From assembly GCF_964355755.1 (NCBI RefSeq), contig NC_092672.1:10416001-10480000 (forward strand): 64,000 bases of DNA. The letters are read 5' to 3'. Position 1 is the first letter of the stretch. Each line of letters begins with the position of its first letter. This stretch comes from Antedon mediterranea. Lineage: Eukaryota; Animalia; Echinodermata. The notes beneath the pieces were generated by a model, which did no database searches, was not told the DNA's origin, and was given only the letters and a program-made list of their open reading frames with translations. Both the position numbers and the translations under genes were made by a program. Positions 61,701-64,000 of the stretch are shown here, piece after piece.

Positions 61701-63263
61701 CTGGTGTTGGTCAAGTTTCTTTTCTAATATTCATTAGGTCTGGTCAGTAATAAGGCTGGTGTTGGTCAAGTTTCTTTTCTTATATTCATTAGGTCTGGTC
61801 AATCATAAGGCTGGTGTTGGTCAAGTTTCATCTAACATTCCTCAGTCTGGTCAATCATAAGGCTGGTGTTGGTCAAGTTTCTTTTCTTATATTCATTAGG
61901 TCTGGTCAATCATAAGGCTGGTGTTGGTCAAGTTTCATCTAACATTCCTCAGACTGGTCAATCATAAGGCTGGTGTTGGTCAAGTTTCGTTTCTTATATT
62001 CGTTAGGTCTGGTCAATCATAATGCTGGTGTTGGTCAAGTTTCTTTTATTCTATTCCTTAGGTCTGGTCAATCATAAGGCTGGTCAAGTTTTTTTCAATA
62101 GCAATCCCTTGGTTTGGTCAATCATGTTGGTAAACATGGTGAAGTTTCTTTTCTAATATTGCTGGGCAATCATAAGGCTAGTGTTTGGTCAAGTTTATTG
62201 TCTAGAAATACATTGGTCTTGTCAATCACAATGTTGGTGTTGGTGAAGTTTCTTTTCTAATATTGCTGGGCAATCATAAGGCTAGTGTTTGGTCGAGTTT
62301 ATTGTCTAGAAATCCATTGGTCTTGTCAATCACAATGTTGGTGTTGGTAAAGTTTCTCTTTTAATACTGCTTGTGAAGTTTATTTTCTAGAAATCCATCG
62401 GTCTGGTTAATCACAATGTTGGTGTTGGTGAAGTTTCTTTTCTAATACTGCTAATGAAGTTTATTTTCTAGAAATCTATTGGTCTGGTTAATCACAACGT
62501 TGGTGTTGGTAAAGTTTCTTTTCTAATACTGCTGGTGAAGTTATTTTCTAGAAATCCATTGGTCTGGTCAATCACACTGTTGGTATTGGTGAAGTTTTTT
62601 TTCTAATATTGCTGGTCAATCATAATGCTGGTGTTTGGTCAAGTTTATTTTCTATAAATCCCTTGATTTGGTCAATCACAATGTTGGTGTTGGTGAAGTT
62701 TCTTTTCTAATATTGCTGGTCAATCATAAGGCTAATGTTTGGTCAAGTTTATTTTCCAGAAATCCCTTAAACTGGTCAATCACAATGTTGGTGCTGGTGA
62801 AGTTTCTTTTCCAGAAATTCCTCTGTCAAGTTATGTCGTGTAATCATTCCAAGTATCTTAAGACAAAAAAAATATTAGTGAGAAAACATCAGATGTAACT
62901 AATTTTGTACCTCATAAGTGTATCTAATAATTTGTTTACAATTTTTAGTGGGATGAAAGCGACATTTCAAGAACGGTGGACACCTCGAAAAAGGAAGAAC
63001 TTTGTGATGAAGATGTAATGGCAGAAATAGAACGTGAGCTAGGCATGACAGTTGAAGATTTCTTAGCTGCAGACTCTGAGACAATACGTTCACCAAGAAC
63101 AGCTGAATTTATGCGTGAATCAAGGGATATGGAACAGGCGACAGAGAATGGACAGTTGGACAGTGACGGAGAAGTCGACGAAGAGGGAGAAATCAAAGAA
63201 GAGGTGAATGGAGAGGATAACCTGGAAGAATTCTGGCAAGAGTTAAATATTATGAAGGCATAG
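55412..63263 (+). CDS. TMEM44: TMEM44-like multi-pass membrane protein gene (PQ-loop/SLC66-related), 10 coding exons, about 575-583 aa
   Basis: Exons join in phase. Motifs LWFASH, NLCNLLGCLLSNQ, VLTAIYF..D, GRVLL, GYVLG..SSLLY..KIP, YVLSILAYD..LPW and C-terminal DLEWD match what I recall of TMEM44. Both PQ motifs are degenerate, as in TMEM44 rather than PQLC2. Confidence 0.82.
56370..56496 (+). CDS. TMEM44: TMEM44-like coding exon 2 (…ANLCNLLGCLLSNQIGTM)
   Basis: tttttttag acceptor, gtaaga donor; PQ-loop family CNLxGxxLxxQ motif. Confidence 0.88.
56860..56989 (+). CDS. TMEM44: TMEM44-like coding exon 3 (VLTAIYFLVMDVVFIGQYFYY...); donor at 56966 or 56990
   Basis: ttttacag acceptor; two in-phase candidate donors. 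Confidence 0.82.
57010..57520. repeat. ~24-bp intronic minisatellite (cgactgagctatccaatctcgacc)
   Basis: Repeated gactgagctatcca core, decaying at both ends. Confidence 0.9.
57841..58049 (+). CDS. TMEM44: TMEM44-like coding exon 4 (…PTGRVLLGSHEDFLQ)
   Basis: ttgtttag acceptor, cag|gtttat donor, phase 1-0; GRxLL motif. Confidence 0.85.
58672..58758 (+). CDS. TMEM44: TMEM44-like coding exon 5 (TEDAVAGYVLGVVSSLLYCAYKIPEVISM)
   Basis: cttcctag acceptor, gtaaga donor; second PQ-loop helix. Confidence 0.9.
59687..59829 (+). CDS. TMEM44: TMEM44-like coding exon 6 (…FANMTYVLSILAYDKETGHVVDTLPWTIGS)
   Basis: ttgcag acceptor, ag|gtacaa donor; NxxYxxS and LPW motifs. Confidence 0.9.
59948..59975 (+). 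CDS. TMEM44: TMEM44-like 28-nt coding exon 7 (SILMIGFDLI)
   Basis: atttcag acceptor; GTATCCTTT donor; phase 2-0 fits both neighbours. Confidence 0.85.
59976..60250 (+). other. U12-type (minor spliceosome) GT-AG intron
   Basis: 5' site GTATCCTTT; branch-site TACCTTAAC at 60230-60238, 12 nt before the end of the intron; no polypyrimidine tract. Confidence 0.88.
60251..60490 (+). CDS. TMEM44: TMEM44-like coding exon 8 (ILYHILKYKRPK...acidic tail)
   Basis: In frame after the U12 intron; donor atg|gtagat (an in-phase alternative would end the exon at 60481). Confidence 0.8.
60554..60699. mobile_element. MITE family A
   Basis: TAA-agcttggttccc ... gaccaagct-TAA. Confidence 0.8.
60995..61144 (+). 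CDS. TMEM44: TMEM44-like coding exon 9 (ANNQAKVELV...EPEDLE)
   Basis: ctatatag acceptor, gag|gtacga donor, phase 0-0. Confidence 0.8.
61605..62815. repeat. ~50-55-bp composite satellite in the last TMEM44-like intron
   Basis: Unit tctggtcaatcataaggctggtgttggtcaagtttc plus a variable spacer, changing progressively along the array. Confidence 0.93.
62949..63263 (+). CDS. TMEM44: TMEM44-like last coding exon (WDESDISR...ELNIMKA*)
   Basis: tttttag acceptor; acidic ORF to TAG; AATAAA at 63307-63312. Confidence 0.85.
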   Translation, partial: WDESDISRTVDTSKKEELCDEDVMAEIERELGMTVEDFLAADSETIRSPRTAEFMRESRDMEQATENGQLDSDGEVDEEGEIKEEVNGEDNLEEFWQELNIMKA

Positions 63264-64000
63264 TATCAAATGGGATAACACCATTCATGATCCTGTATTT
63301 TTTATAAATAAAACAACTTTGTTTTGCCATTGCACCTTGAAATATGATCAAAGATTTTTTAAACAAATTAAAAGTACTAGATCTGTTTTATTTGTAATTG
63401 AATAGAAATATTAAATTTTGCTTGTGGATGTCAAATTTACAAATATCACCTAAAACATCAACCAAAAATTATAAAGTGTGTGTTTTTAAAAATGTTATTA
63501 ACTTATACTATATAAATTACAGGAAAGTTAAATACACAGTGCTTGTGTTTTATGGTTATTGTAAATTGATATTGAAATAATACCATAAATAATATGACAA
63601 TACAAATATTGGTAGGGTTTGAATTCAAATATTTGCAAGTATGTCAACAACTGTGTATCTGTTATGAATGATTTACTTAATATATTTATTAAGTCAACCT
63701 TTTAACTTTTAGCAATTAGTAAACACTTCACTTCATTAAATAAAATGAAAATTTCATGATGTAGATAACGTAAATACCGAATACTTTTAAAATTTATAAT
63801 TTTTAAAAGTTGGTATTTTGTAATTAATATTTATTCACTATTAAGAGTTTTTGATTTCTGTTTTTCTTTTAAAATTTTTACTCAGAAGAATGTTCTTGCA
63901 CTGAAATTATAGACTAGTGTTTGTGTTTCCATTTACACTTTTAAATAAGTGTCCGATACAGAGGGTGTAAGCTTACAAAGTTCAAGTGTATATTAATATT

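Overview
AT-rich, intron-rich animal (invertebrate-like) genomic DNA; most listed ORFs are spurious. Two spliced genes lie on the + strand. (1) A PDE9-family cGMP phosphodiesterase with 11 coding exons from 5840 to 44013; its first exon(s) were not found and probably lie upstream of the window. (2) A complete TMEM44-like (PQ-loop/SLC66-related) membrane protein gene, CDS 55412-63263, with a probable non-coding first exon near 54300-54384. The rest is a dense transposon landscape: Harbinger-, Kolobok- and pogo-like MITEs, a nested 2.1-kb TIR element, a decayed 3.6-kb Academ element, L2 and RTE-X-like LINE remnants, tRNA-derived SINEs and several minisatellites. The most notable observations are a U12 minor-spliceosome intron in the TMEM44-like gene, its exonic Met/N-glycan tandem repeat, a pair of hammerhead-ribozyme-bearing repeats in a PDE9 intron, and TACAGTA/TACTGTA/TAGGCTA motifs that can be shown to be 5-bp insertions at TA, consistent with transposon excision footprints. 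All exons were assembled by hand from splice signals and reading phase; no searches were run.
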